64,000 nt of DNA from Bacteroidales bacterium (GTDB lineage Bacteria > Bacteroidota > Bacteroidia > Bacteroidales > WCHB1-69), in contig JAFYNM010000008.1 of the NCBI GenBank assembly GCA_017549765.1, positions 74,733 through 138,732 of the forward strand, in the 5' to 3' direction. The notes under the pieces are model-generated. The model was not told the origin of the DNA and did no database searches. It was given only the letters and a program-made list of their open reading frames with translations. Below, one piece after another: positions 7,517 through 17,530 of the stretch (positions are counted from its first letter, which is position 1; each line of letters opens with the position of its first letter). Position numbers and translations under genes: made by a program.

Positions 7517-10500
7517 ATGTCAAAATTATCCGAAGCGAAATCCGTTGAAACAAAAGTCACCGAATGGCTGTCCCAGATTGGATGGGAATACCGTTCGGTG
7601 GAGGATTTGAAGCAATATAACCGTCTGCAAACTAATGTGGTGATTGAACCGATATTGGTGGAGAAGGTGATGGAGCTTAACGGCATCAGCCAGCAGGCGG
7701 CCAAGTCGGCGGTGGAGACGCTGCTCAACAACTTGCGCAATCCTATTCCCATCGAGGGCAACGAGAAGTTCCTCAACCAATTGTCGGAAGGCGTAACCAT
7801 TACCATCGACCGGAAAGACCGCACTGTCCGTTTCATCGACTTTGAAGATATTTGGCAGAATTCGTTCATCGTCACCAACCAATATGCGGTGCAGCAGGTG
7901 CGGGCAGACATTTGCCTGTTGGTGAATGGTATCCCGTTGGTGCCCATCGAAGCCAAGCAATGCGCACGGCGCGGCACCAACTGGCTCGAAGGTGTGCGTC
8001 AGTTCCAGACCTACGACCGCCGAAGCGACAAGCTGTTCATCAGTCACCTCTTTGGTGTGGCCTGCAACGGACGGCTGAGCAAATACGGCATTCCGGGCGC
8101 ATCGGCATCGTACTTCAACGAGTGGAAGGATTCGATTATCGCCAACAAGTACGACAATCCGCTACTGAAACCCGAAAACGACCTTTGCCGTGTTTACAAA
8201 GACGAGGATGACGGATTGATGCACTTCGATGTGGAACGGCTTCCAAACGGGCAATTGCTGGAGCAGATGAAGTTCGGCATTATTGGCTTGCTACAGCCGG
8301 AGCGGGTGCTTGACATTTTACAACATTTCATCGTATTTGAGCGCGATGATGGCAGGATTATCAAGAAAGTGGCGCGTTACCAGCAGCTTCGGGCCGCCAA
8401 CAAGATTGTAGATAGGGTGGTGCAGTCGGAAAAAGCTCAAGGCGTGATTTGGCACACGCAAGGTTCGGGCAAGTCACTCACCATGCTTTACACTGCCTAT
8501 AAACTCCGTAAGACGGAAGCCCTTGCCGACCCGACCGTTTTCATTGTGGTCGATCGTAAGGATTTGAAAGACCAGATGGGCGATACCTTCTTTGATTGCG
8601 AGTTTCCCAACGCGCGCATCGTGCTGAGCGTGGGCGATTTGAAAAGCATTCTTCGCGACAAACCTGCAGGAGTATTTATTACCACCATACAGAAGTTCAG
8701 AGAGTTAGGCGAAGTCAAAGACGAGCGTGGCAATGTGGTGGTGCTCATTGACGAGGCACACCGCACCGAATATGGCGACTATCAGATGGAACTGCGGGCG
8801 GTGCTGCCCAACGCCAAACGCTTCGCCTTCACGGGAACGCCGATTCCGAAGACTCATCAGGAGTTCGGCACCAAAGACGAAAGTGGCAAAGTGGAGTATT
8901 ATTTGGACAAGTACAGCGTCATTGATGCCATCAGCGATGGGGCTACCAAGCCCATACGCTACACCTTGGGACCATCGCAGTGGTTCTTGGACAAGGAGAA
9001 CCTGAAGAAAGGTTACGAAGAGATTACCGCCGATTTGGAGGAAGATCAGAAACGGTTGGTGGAACAGCGTGTACAGCCGTGGAAAACCCTGATGAAGAAG
9101 CCCGAACGCATCAAGACTTTGGCCGCCGATATTGCCAATGATTTCCGCGAGCGTTTGGAACCGCAGGGCTTCAAGGCGCAGGTAGTGGCCGTTGACAAAG
9201 AGGCTTGCGTGTTGTATTACAATGAATTGTTGAACTATTTCGACCCATCGGAAATCCGTATCATCTTTTCCACGGGGCAATACGAAACAGGCGAGCGTTA
9301 TGATCTCTTTTCACCTTTCTACATTGATGACAAAGAACGCAAACGTCTGATAGACAACTTTAAGAAAAGGATTACGGAAGAGGAAATCGCCAAAGGCAAT
9401 AACTTGAAAATCTTCATTGTCTGCAACATGTTGCTTACGGGCTTCGATGCCCCGATTGAGCAGACCATGTATTTAGACAGTCCGCTGCGTGATCACAACC
9501 TGTTGCAGGCGGTGGCCCGTACCAACCGCCCGTATGATTATGGCGAAGGGGAAATGAAACTTTCAAAGGAATTTGGCCGCATTGTGGATTATGTGGGTGT
9601 GTTTCAAAACTATAAGGAAGCCTTGAACTACGATCCTGCCGACATTGGCGAATTTGAGGATGTGGATGCGCTGTTAAAAGAGTTCCCTAAAGAATTGGAT
9701 AAGGCCTTTGAGCCGTTTGCAGCAATCAAATTGGAAGACAGCTACGAATGCGAGATGGCCATCATCCGCAAGCTGAGCGAGATTGACCACGGTCAGTTTG
9801 AGAACCGTTTCCATGGGGTGGTGCAGTTGTGGGAAGCCATTTCTCCCAATCCGGGTTTGCGCCCATTCCGCAACCAATACCTGTGGTTGGTTACCATCTA
9901 CGAACTGTATTTGGAAGAGTTCCGTCGTGTGAATTTCGATGCGGAGTTTTATGCCGCCCAAACGCGCAAATTGTTGGAAGAGAGCGCCACTTTGCTCAAT
10001 TTCCGTGGCCATCTGCCCGAAATCACCATCGATGCGGATTATCTCACCAAATTGGAGGAAACCAGACTTTCGCCTTCCGACAAGGCCGAGAAAATCATCC
10101 GCGACATCGAGACGATGATTCGCACTAACCAGAATAACAGTGCCATTTACATTGAGTTTCAGGAGCGTTTGGATGCGTTGATTCAGATGAAAAACGCCAA
10201 TGCACTTGAAATCGAAGGACTTCTTAAGAAACTCAGCGAACTTTACACCGAAGTGGATGAGGCGATTGAGATTCCCAAGAAGATGGGTTTTGCCGACAAA
10301 GGGACGTTTGAGATATTCCAGATCATCAAAAACGAACTGTCCGATTTCGACGAGCAGTTGGTGCGTGAGTTTTCCAACGAGCAGGCGCAACGGATACTAT
10401 CCAAGATTTACATTGGTTGGCAGGAGGTACCGCAGGAATACAACCGTTTCAAAGCCGACATGGAACTGTTGGCCGCCAATCCGAAATACGAATCCTTGAA

Positions 10501-10570
10501 TCTCGACTTTGACGGTCCGTTGGGCGATACTTTGATGAAATCCATCCTTCAGAATTTCAGCTTGAACTAA
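7517..10570 (+). CDS. hsdR: Type I restriction endonuclease subunit R
   Basis: Nuclease motif RADICLLVNGIPLVPIEAK. Helicase motifs HTQGSGKS, DEAHR, FTGTP, LLTGFDAP and QAVARTNR. Confidence 0.96.
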   Translation: MSKLSEAKSVETKVTEWLSQIGWEYRSVEDLKQYNRLQTNVVIEPILVEKVMELNGISQQAAKSAVETLLNNLRNPIPIEGNEKFLNQLSEGVTITIDRKDRTVRFIDFEDIWQNSFIVTNQYAVQQVRADICLLVNGIPLVPIEAKQCARRGTNWLEGVRQFQTYDRRSDKLFISHLFGVACNGRLSKYGIPGASASYFNEWKDSIIANKYDNPLLKPENDLCRVYKDEDDGLMHFDVERLPNGQLLEQMKFGIIGLLQPERVLDILQHFIVFERDDGRIIKKVARYQQLRAANKIVDRVVQSEKAQGVIWHTQGSGKSLTMLYTAYKLRKTEALADPTVFIVVDRKDLKDQMGDTFFDCEFPNARIVLSVGDLKSILRDKPAGVFITTIQKFRELGEVKDERGNVVVLIDEAHRTEYGDYQMELRAVLPNAKRFAFTGTPIPKTHQEFGTKDESGKVEYYLDKYSVIDAISDGATKPIRYTLGPSQWFLDKENLKKGYEEITADLEEDQKRLVEQRVQPWKTLMKKPERIKTLAADIANDFRERLEPQGFKAQVVAVDKEACVLYYNELLNYFDPSEIRIIFSTGQYETGERYDLFSPFYIDDKERKRLIDNFKKRITEEEIAKGNNLKIFIVCNMLLTGFDAPIEQTMYLDSPLRDHNLLQAVARTNRPYDYGEGEMKLSKEFGRIVDYVGVFQNYKEALNYDPADIGEFEDVDALLKEFPKELDKAFEPFAAIKLEDSYECEMAIIRKLSEIDHGQFENRFHGVVQLWEAISPNPGLRPFRNQYLWLVTIYELYLEEFRRVNFDAEFYAAQTRKLLEESATLLNFRGHLPEITIDADYLTKLEETRLSPSDKAEKIIRDIETMIRTNQNNSAIYIEFQERLDALIQMKNANALEIEGLLKKLSELYTEVDEAIEIPKKMGFADKGTFEIFQIIKNELSDFDEQLVREFSNEQAQRILSKIYIGWQEVPQEYNRFKADMELLAANPKYESLNLDFDGPLGDTLMKSILQNFSLN

Positions 10571-10571
10571 C

Positions 10572-11225
10572 ATGCTTCCAGATCATTATACCGTTTGTCG
10601 CCGAGAGGTCAAGAATGCCCGTCTGCGTGTCAACGAAGACGGCAGTGTTCGTCTGTTCGTACCTCTTTCTTTCACAGACGAGGACATCGAGAAACTACTT
10701 GAAAGAAAAAAAGGATGGATAGCGTCAAAACAGAAGTTCTTCCAACAGAAATCCAAAATCCAGCTCCGACGCAATGAGCTCCTGCTTTTCGGCAATCGTT
10801 ATGCATATTACTACTCTGCACAATACAAAAACAAAGTGGTAGTCAATCACGAAAGCAGGACCATCCAAGCGCAACGTGACCTGCTGGATTCAGCTGTTCA
10901 GGAAAAATGGCTGAAAAGTGTGGCTAAAAGACATATTACCGAACGAGTTGAAACCTTGTCTGAAGCCTGGCTCTTGCCTTACAACAAACTCTATATCCGG
11001 AGTCAGAAACGGAAATGGGGCAACTGCTCCTCCGAAAAAAACATCTCCTTCAACTGGCGGTTGATTAAAGCACCAACGTTTGTCCTGGATTATGTCATTA
11101 TTCACGAATTGTGTCACACCATCATCATGAAACACAATTCCCATTTCTACACGATGCTTCGTTCTCATTGTCCCGATTGTGAAGCGGCGCAGAAGTGGTT
11201 AGATAGGTTTGGGAATAGTTTGTAA
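10572..11225 (+). CDS. M48/YgjP (DUF45)-family zinc metallopeptidase-like protein
   Basis: KWGNCS, ISFNWRL, DYVIIHELCH...HNSHFY. A common downstream neighbour of hsdR. Confidence 0.9.
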   Translation: MLPDHYTVCRREVKNARLRVNEDGSVRLFVPLSFTDEDIEKLLERKKGWIASKQKFFQQKSKIQLRRNELLLFGNRYAYYYSAQYKNKVVVNHESRTIQAQRDLLDSAVQEKWLKSVAKRHITERVETLSEAWLLPYNKLYIRSQKRKWGNCSSEKNISFNWRLIKAPTFVLDYVIIHELCHTIIMKHNSHFYTMLRSHCPDCEAAQKWLDRFGNSL

Positions 11226-11269
11226 TGTCGCAAAATGCTACAGCATATACTCGTTAATATGTCCAATTG

Positions 11270-11836
11270 CTAAAACCTATGCTCATACCCGACGCGCAGC
11301 ATGATCGTGTATCTCGGGTAGCCAAAGTCTAACTGGCCATTGTCGTTGACCTCTTCCCAGTTACAGAATAGGGTGCCGTGTATGCCTATGGTCAGCTTGT
11401 CTTGATCTGTCAATTTGATGCGGCCACCCAAACCCAGGGTGCCGCCGAGGTCCAAAACCTCCTTCGCGTTTGCGGCGACGGGACTGTCGAAGCAGACTCC
11501 GAGCAGGATTCCTCCTTGTACATAGAAATGTGGCAGGTGAAATACCATTTCCACGGGAATGAGCATGCTGTTAATGTATTGGTCGCCGCTAATAAAGATA
11601 TGCTCGTAGCGTAGCCCCGTGTGCACGCCCCAGTACGGATGGAAGTCATAGCGCATCCCTATGCCAAGGCCAAAGCCAGGAAAGACACCAGAGAAGATAA
11701 TTGGCGATTTGTCAATGCCACCACTCACATCGGCTGTGATGTTGTAACCTTTTTGAAATTCCGGATTGGGATTTTGAGCCTCTGCTGGAAGCACGGTCCA
11801 TAGGCATAAACATAAAAATGGAATAATCCTTTTCAT
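11270..11836 (-). CDS. Small outer-membrane beta-barrel protein
   Basis: Signal peptide, alternating beta-strand pattern, terminal VGYEHRF. Confidence 0.7.
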   Translation of the reverse strand: MKRIIPFLCLCLWTVLPAEAQNPNPEFQKGYNITADVSGGIDKSPIIFSGVFPGFGLGIGMRYDFHPYWGVHTGLRYEHIFISGDQYINSMLIPVEMVFHLPHFYVQGGILLGVCFDSPVAANAKEVLDLGGTLGLGGRIKLTDQDKLTIGIHGTLFCNWEEVNDNGQLDFGYPRYTIMLRVGYEHRF

Positions 11837-11847
11837 TGCGACTGGGT

Positions 11848-12168
11848 TTAGAGGATGTCTGTTTGATGTTTGTCGATATTTTCAAGCACCTCTTGCATCT
11901 GCTCCAGCGCTTCGTGGTGGCGTTCCAGCAGGTTCCAGATGCCGTCTTCGCTGAGCACGCCGCGCTGCAGGTCTTGGGGAAGCTGGTTCAGCTCGTCAGC
12001 GCGGCGATCGGCGTGCCATTCGGGGCTGCCGAGATAGGCATCCAATAGTCTCAGATCCTCCAGAAGGGCCTCATACTCGTCCATTGCTGCCTCCAGGCGT
12101 GTCAGAATCTCGTCGGCGTGGTTCAGCCGCTGCTCCATCGATTCTATTCTTTTGATATTCTCATCCAT
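11848..12168 (-). CDS. DUF4298-family protein
   Basis: YLGSPEWHAD...RGVLSEDGIWNL motif. TAnnTTTG promoter at 12190-12197 (-). Confidence 0.75.
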   Translation of the reverse strand: MDENIKRIESMEQRLNHADEILTRLEAAMDEYEALLEDLRLLDAYLGSPEWHADRRADELNQLPQDLQRGVLSEDGIWNLLERHHEALEQMQEVLENIDKHQTDIL

Positions 12169-12217
12169 ATGTAATTGTCAAATTCTGTGCAAAAGTATAA
12201 AAGATTTCCGATAGGGC

Positions 12218-12250
12218 AAAAAAATAACGCCTCGTTTATGGAGGCGTTAT
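12218..12250 (-). terminator. Rho-independent terminator after rpsS
   Basis: ATAACGCCTC / GAGGCGTTAT stem followed by a U-run on the minus strand. Confidence 0.8.
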
Positions 12251-12308
12251 GCATATAAAGAATGATAGGTATATCTAAGGAAGAATGCAGAGGTAAGGTT
12301 CTGTGATA

Positions 12309-12587
12309 TTATCTGGAACCTTTGTCTTTTTGTCCTGCGTGTCCTCTGAATATACGGGTGGGAGCGAACTCGCCCAGTTTATGGCCGACCATGTTCTCCG
12401 TTACATAGACGGGGATGAACTTGTTGCCATTGTGAACGGCGATGGTAAGACCTACGAAATCCGGGGAGATCATAGAGGAGCGGGACCAAGTTTTGATGGT
12501 GCTCTTCTTACCGGAGGCCTGAGCGTCGAGAACGCGTTGTTCCAGTTTGTAGTGTATATAGGGACCTTTTTTTAATGAACGACTCAT
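12309..12587 (-). CDS. rpsS: 30S ribosomal protein S19
   Basis: [27 protein letters not shown]. Confidence 0.98.
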   Translation of the reverse strand: MSRSLKKGPYIHYKLEQRVLDAQASGKKSTIKTWSRSSMISPDFVGLTIAVHNGNKFIPVYVTENMVGHKLGEFAPTRIFRGHAGQKDKGSR

Positions 12588-12605
12588 AGTATTAGGATTT
12601 TAAGA

Positions 12606-13430
12606 TTATTTCTTTCTTCTTTCAATGATATACTGGCTGGAGTTCTTCTTCGGGCGTCTGGTCTTATAACCCTTAGCAGGCATACCGTTACGGGAACGAG
12701 GATGTCCACCGGAAGCACGACCTTCACCACCACCCATCGGGTGATCGACAGGGTTCATGACGACACCACGGTTGCGAGGACGTCTGCCTAACCAGCGGCT
12801 TCTACCGGCCTTACCGGATACTTCGAGGCTGTGGTCAACGTTGGAGACGATGCCGATGGTAGCTTTGCAGGCGCAGAGGATCATACGGGTCTCGCCAGAG
12901 GGCAGTTTGATAACGGCGTAGCGGCCGTCGCGGGACATCAGCTGGGCGTAGGAGCCGGCGCTGCGGGCGATCTTGGCGCCCTGACCAGGTCTCATCTCGA
13001 TATTGTGGATGATGGAGCCGAACGGGATCTCACCGATAGGAAGGCAGTTGCCCAGGTCCGGAGACACGCCGGAGCCGCTTTGGATCACTTGGCCGACCTT
13101 GATGCCGTGAGGAGCCACGATGTAGCGTTTCTCACCGTCTGCATAGAAGACCAAAGCGATACGGGCGGAGCGGTTCGGATCGTATTCGATCGTCTTGACC
13201 GTTGCGGGAACTCCGTCTTTCTCACGTTTGAAATCAATCATTCGGTACATCTTCTTGTGACCGCCTCCGCGGTACCGTACCGTCATCTTACCACTGTTGT
13301 TTCTTCCGCCTGTCTCATGTCTGGGACACAACAAACTCTTTTCCGGTTTGTTGGTGGTAATGTCATCAAATGCGCTGATCACTTTGAAGCGCTGACCCGG
13401 CGTTACTGGTTTGTACTTTTTTAATGCCAT
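12606..13430 (-). CDS. rplB: 50S ribosomal protein L2
   Basis: [25 protein letters not shown]. Confidence 0.99.
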   Translation of the reverse strand: MALKKYKPVTPGQRFKVISAFDDITTNKPEKSLLCPRHETGGRNNSGKMTVRYRGGGHKKMYRMIDFKREKDGVPATVKTIEYDPNRSARIALVFYADGEKRYIVAPHGIKVGQVIQSGSGVSPDLGNCLPIGEIPFGSIIHNIEMRPGQGAKIARSAGSYAQLMSRDGRYAVIKLPSGETRMILCACKATIGIVSNVDHSLEVSGKAGRSRWLGRRPRNRGVVMNPVDHPMGGGEGRASGGHPRSRNGMPAKGYKTRRPKKNSSQYIIERRKK

Positions 13431-13435
13431 TGCTC

Positions 13436-13726
13436 TTAAATGTTACTGTAAAAATCAATTGTTTGTTCTTTGTCCACGAACACATAGGCCTTCTTGAAGT
13501 TGTTCTTCTGACCTGTGATGACGCCAGCTTTAGTGTTTCGGCTCGTGGCTTTTCCGCGCTGGATGAGCGTGTTCACGCGGACTACTTTTACTCCATAAAC
13601 GGCTTCGATTTCCTTTTTGATTTCGGGCTTGGTGGCTGTGCGGGTCACCATGAAACCATAACGGTTGAACTTTTCAGCCGCTTGCGTCATCTTTTCGCTG
13701 ATGATGGGTTTTATTATGATACTCAT
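13436..13726 (-). CDS. rplW: 50S ribosomal protein L23
   Basis: [19 protein letters not shown]. Lies between rplD and rplB. Confidence 0.97.
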   Translation of the reverse strand: MSIIIKPIISEKMTQAAEKFNRYGFMVTRTATKPEIKKEIEAVYGVKVVRVNTLIQRGKATSRNTKAGVITGQKNNFKKAYVFVDKEQTIDFYSNI

Positions 13727-13752
13727 TGTTGTAATCTTTACGGGTTATTAAA

Positions 13753-14382
13753 TTATTCGCCTAACATTTTGTTCAGCTCGTTCAGACCGCTTTCGCAAAT
13801 GATCAGGTGACCAGCGTTGAGCACGTGGTAGGTGTTCGCGTCCATGGCGCGCATCACGTTGGTGCGTTGCAGGTTGCGGCAGGACAAGAAGATGTTCTTG
13901 TCGTTGTTGGCTGTCAAGAGCAGCGTCTTCTGGCCTTCCAGTTTCAGGTTCTTGAGCATGGCTGCGTAAGCCTTGGTCTTGGGAGCCTCGAAGGAGAAGT
14001 CTTCCACCACGGTGATCTTGCCTTCCTGTTGTTTGTAGGTGAAGGCGGAGAAACGGGCCACTCTTTTCAGTTTCTTGTTCAACTTGAAGGAGTAGTCTCT
14101 CGGGTGAGGACCGAACACGGTGGCACCGCCACGGATGGTCGGGGATTTGATGCTACCGGCACGTGCGCCGCCAGTACCTTTCTGTCTTTTCAGCTTACGG
14201 GTACTACCGGAAACGGTGGAACGCTCCAAAGTGTCGTGCGTGCCTTGTCTCTGATTTGCCAAATATTGTTTCACATCAAGCCAGATGGCGTGATCGTTGG
14301 GTTCCACATTGAAGATCTTGTCATTCAAAGTGACCGTCTTGGCAGTTGCGCTGCCGTCTATATTATAAACTGTTAACTCCAT
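13753..14382 (-). CDS. rplD: 50S ribosomal protein L4
   Basis: [23 protein letters not shown]. Confidence 0.98.
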   Translation of the reverse strand: MELTVYNIDGSATAKTVTLNDKIFNVEPNDHAIWLDVKQYLANQRQGTHDTLERSTVSGSTRKLKRQKGTGGARAGSIKSPTIRGGATVFGPHPRDYSFKLNKKLKRVARFSAFTYKQQEGKITVVEDFSFEAPKTKAYAAMLKNLKLEGQKTLLLTANNDKNIFLSCRNLQRTNVMRAMDANTYHVLNAGHLIICESGLNELNKMLGE

Positions 14383-15002
14383 CTCTCAATAATTATATAA
14401 GATCCATTAGCTCCGGGTACAGAACCTTTCACTAAAACTAAATTCTTTTCCTTCACAATCTTCAAAATCTGAAGGTTGATGACTTTAACCTTGGCATTGC
14501 CCATCTGGCCTGCCATGCGCATACCCTTGAATACGCGGGAAGGGTAGGAGGAAGCACCCATGGAACCGGGGGCTCTCAGACGGTTGTGCTGACCGTGCGT
14601 GGCATCGCCGACACCGCCAAATCCATGACGCTTCACAACGCCCTGGAAACCTTTACCCTTGGAGATGCCGCTCACATCGACAAACTCTCCCTCAGAGAAG
14701 ATGGTAACGTCCAACACCTCACCGAAACTTTTCTTGTGACCTTCCTCGAAACGAGTGAACTCGCGGACGATCTTCTTCGGCGTGGTACCGGCCTTGGCGA
14801 AATGACCCTTCAGGGATTTCGTCGTGTTTTTCTCTTTCTTTTCGTCGTAACCCAATTGGATTGCACTGTAACCATCCTTTTCGATGGTCTTGACTTGCGT
14901 GACGACGCAAGGACCAGCCTCTAACACTGTGCACGGCACCATCTTGCCGGAGGCATCGTAGATGCTAGTCATCCCAATTTTCTTTCCTATTAATCCTGAC
15001 AT
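14373..15002 (-). CDS. rplC: 50S ribosomal protein L3
   Basis: [27 protein letters not shown]. Confidence 0.98.
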   Translation of the reverse strand: MSGLIGKKIGMTSIYDASGKMVPCTVLEAGPCVVTQVKTIEKDGYSAIQLGYDEKKEKNTTKSLKGHFAKAGTTPKKIVREFTRFEEGHKKSFGEVLDVTIFSEGEFVDVSGISKGKGFQGVVKRHGFGGVGDATHGQHNRLRAPGSMGASSYPSRVFKGMRMAGQMGNAKVKVINLQILKIVKEKNLVLVKGSVPGANGSYIIIERWS

Positions 15003-15123
15003 TTTTTTGTTAGTTTGTATAAATTATTAATTCATTCTGCATTTTCAGTAATGCCATTCCTTGATTCAATAAACTGAAAATCAATCGTTTATTGTTCTTT
15101 TGCGGTATATACTAAAAAGCCTG

Positions 15124-15131
15124 CAAATATA
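15124..15131 (-). promoter_or_regulatory. Bacteroidota -7 promoter element (TATATTTG) upstream of rplC
   Basis: Matches the TAnnTTTG consensus about 120 nt upstream of the rplC start. Confidence 0.6.
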
Positions 15132-15248
15132 CATTTTTTTCTATATCACAACACTTTGCGGATTTTTTTTTATCAACAATCCTGTTGTGCGCGCATAATG
15201 ACACCCCATCCTCTCCATGTTTTTTTGCACACTATTCCAAAATTATTG

Positions 15249-15256
15249 TATTTTTG
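15249..15256 (+). promoter_or_regulatory. -7 promoter element (TATTTTTG) for the tetR-RND operon
   Basis: TAnnTTTG 26 nt before the ATG at 15283. Confidence 0.6.
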
Positions 15257-15282
15257 CACGCTTAAACGAAAAACGTGTAAAA

Positions 15283-15930
15283 ATGAACAAACTGAAGACT
15301 GACGAGGTGATACAGAAGGTGGCCGCCTTCCTCTTCCAGAAGTTCGGATTCGAGAAGACTTCCATGGAGGAGATCGCCCGCACAGCACATAAGTCGAAAC
15401 GCTCCGTATATAACTACTTCCGCAACAAGGAGGATCTCTTCAGCTCGCTGGTCTCCTCCGAGATAGAGCACATCCGCCAGAGCCTCCAGCCCCTGACAGA
15501 GGATGAGAGCCAGCTGGTGCTGCCTCGCCTGCGCCAGTATCTGCTGCTGCGCGTGGAACTCATCGCCCGCGCCGAAAACCTTCGCGTGGCCCTGCGCGAC
15601 AAGATGCTCAACGACCACGACGACCGCTTCCTGGATCTGAACAACGCCATGTCACAGTTCGAACAATGGGAGCATGGCGTCTTCAAGAAGGTCTGGTACG
15701 CCAAACCGACCGAGGACCTGTCTGGGACCGTGGAACTCCAAGCCTCCGCCTTCGCCGACATGCTCCAGGTGACTCTCAACGGTCTGACCCATACCTTCTT
15801 CGCCGAAGATAAATACGAGCAATACAAAACTTCCTATCAGATGCTGGTGGACCTTATCATCAACAGCATCTTTTTCCAGTTTGCGGGACATCCGCTTCCC
15901 GAATACGACGGACTTCCAACATCGAATTAA
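15283..15930 (+). CDS. TetR/AcrR-family transcriptional regulator
   Basis: FQKFGFEKTSMEEIA...SVYNYFRNKEDL HTH. Start moved to the ATG downstream of the promoter. Confidence 0.92.
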   Translation: MNKLKTDEVIQKVAAFLFQKFGFEKTSMEEIARTAHKSKRSVYNYFRNKEDLFSSLVSSEIEHIRQSLQPLTEDESQLVLPRLRQYLLLRVELIARAENLRVALRDKMLNDHDDRFLDLNNAMSQFEQWEHGVFKKVWYAKPTEDLSGTVELQASAFADMLQVTLNGLTHTFFAEDKYEQYKTSYQMLVDLIINSIFFQFAGHPLPEYDGLPTSN

Positions 15931-15948
15931 CCATACAATATTATATAT

Positions 15949-16449
15949 ATGAAAAAACGTCATTTATTTTTGATCTCTTGTCTGTTGATCCTGTGTGTGG
16001 GATGCGAAACGTCCATGCATAAGGTTACAGGAGACTATAGCTACAAACAGTCTGGCCTGGTCGTGTTTGCGGACGCCGATGGCCAACAGGTCACCATCCT
16101 GGCTACCAAGCAAGGCCAGCTGAACATCCTGAAAGACCGGCAGAGCAAGGACGGCGACATCTTGGTGACCTTCAACGAGATGGGTGGCGGCACCTATGTC
16201 TGCGACGGCAAAATCAAGGGCGACTCCATATTCCTGAGTCCTCACGAGTTCAGCACACGCTTCTCCACGGCGGATTCGGTGGTGAACCTTACTCAACTGG
16301 GGAAGGTCTATACCGTGCAGTCCACGGGCCGCGGAGTCATCCGCGAGGATATGATCCTGATGGAAGAAAACTGGATCGGCCGACCGGAGGACGGAACGCT
16401 CATGCGGCTGCATGCCGACAAGATCACCCTGTTAGCAGAGAAAAACTAA
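15949..16449 (+). CDS. Hypothetical lipoprotein
   Basis: Signal peptide ending in CVG-C lipobox, operonic spacing. Confidence 0.7.
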   Translation: MKKRHLFLISCLLILCVGCETSMHKVTGDYSYKQSGLVVFADADGQQVTILATKQGQLNILKDRQSKDGDILVTFNEMGGGTYVCDGKIKGDSIFLSPHEFSTRFSTADSVVNLTQLGKVYTVQSTGRGVIREDMILMEENWIGRPEDGTLMRLHADKITLLAEKN

Positions 16450-16456
16450 CCAGTAG

Positions 16457-17518
16457 ATGCCTATGAAAACATCCATGATCATAAAGAGTCGGCTGTGGCT
16501 GGTTGCGAGCCTCTCCTTTGCCTTCATGGCGCTGTCGTGCAAACATCATGAGGAGGCGAAGGTCGAGAATCCTGTAGAGGTATGTGTGATGACGGTGGAC
16601 ACGATGAGTGACGGGGTGCTCCGCTCCTATGTGGGGGAGGTCTCCGAGAATCTCTCCTTGGCTTTGGGCTTCCCGATGGGAGGCCGGGTGGAGAAGGTCT
16701 ATGTGCACGAAGGCGACAAAGTCCGGGCGGGACAATTGCTGGCCTCCGTGGACAAGACGTCGGCTCGCAACGCGTACCAGTCGGCCAAGGCGACCCTTGA
16801 CCAGGCCCAGGATGCTTATAACCGTCTGAAACAGGTCTATGAGCAGGGCAGTGTGGCGGAAGTCAAATGGGTGGAGATGCAGACCAACCTGGACAAAGCC
16901 CGTTCTTTGGAACAGTTGGCCAAGAAGCAGCTGGAAGACTGCGACCTCTATGCCCCCGTCTCCGGCGTAGTGGAGCGTTGTGACGCCCAGGCAGGCGCCT
17001 CCCTTCTGCCGGGCATGCCAGCCGTCACCCTCCTGGACGTCCATACCCTGTCGGTCTCTTTCTCTGTGCCCGAAGATGACATCTCGTCCATCCGTGTCGG
17101 CGACACCGCGACGGTGCAGGTGCCGGCGCTGGATGACCGAATGCTCAAAGTGAAGATTACCGAGTGCGGGGTCTCCGCCTCCCGAGTGGTGCATAGCTAT
17201 CAGGTCAAGGCGGTCTTTGTGCGCCCGCCGGCGGAACTCCTGCCGGGCATGGTCTGCAAGGTCAAAGTCGGCAAGCCCGTCACCTCTTTCCAAGGACTGG
17301 TGGTCCCGGCCAAGTGCGTGCAGACACATCCGCAAGGGCAGTGTGTGTGGCTCGTCCGCCAAGGCAAAGCACAGCGTGTCTTGGTGCAGGCCTCCGGCTT
17401 CGTGGCCAATGGCGTCCTCATCAGCGAGGGCCTCCAGCCTGGCGACACCCTGGTGACCGAGGGCATGCAGAAACTCTATCCCCAAGCTCCCGTCGTCATT
17501 CATCCCAATACCCGTTAA
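16457..17518 (+). CDS. RND efflux periplasmic adaptor (MFP)
   Basis: GRVEKVYVHEGDKVRAGQLLA lipoyl half-motif, LYAPVSGVV, LLPGM, EGLQPGD. Confidence 0.93.
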   Translation: MPMKTSMIIKSRLWLVASLSFAFMALSCKHHEEAKVENPVEVCVMTVDTMSDGVLRSYVGEVSENLSLALGFPMGGRVEKVYVHEGDKVRAGQLLASVDKTSARNAYQSAKATLDQAQDAYNRLKQVYEQGSVAEVKWVEMQTNLDKARSLEQLAKKQLEDCDLYAPVSGVVERCDAQAGASLLPGMPAVTLLDVHTLSVSFSVPEDDISSIRVGDTATVQVPALDDRMLKVKITECGVSASRVVHSYQVKAVFVRPPAELLPGMVCKVKVGKPVTSFQGLVVPAKCVQTHPQGQCVWLVRQGKAQRVLVQASGFVANGVLISEGLQPGDTLVTEGMQKLYPQAPVVIHPNTR

Positions 17519-17530
17519 GATCCTGTTCCC

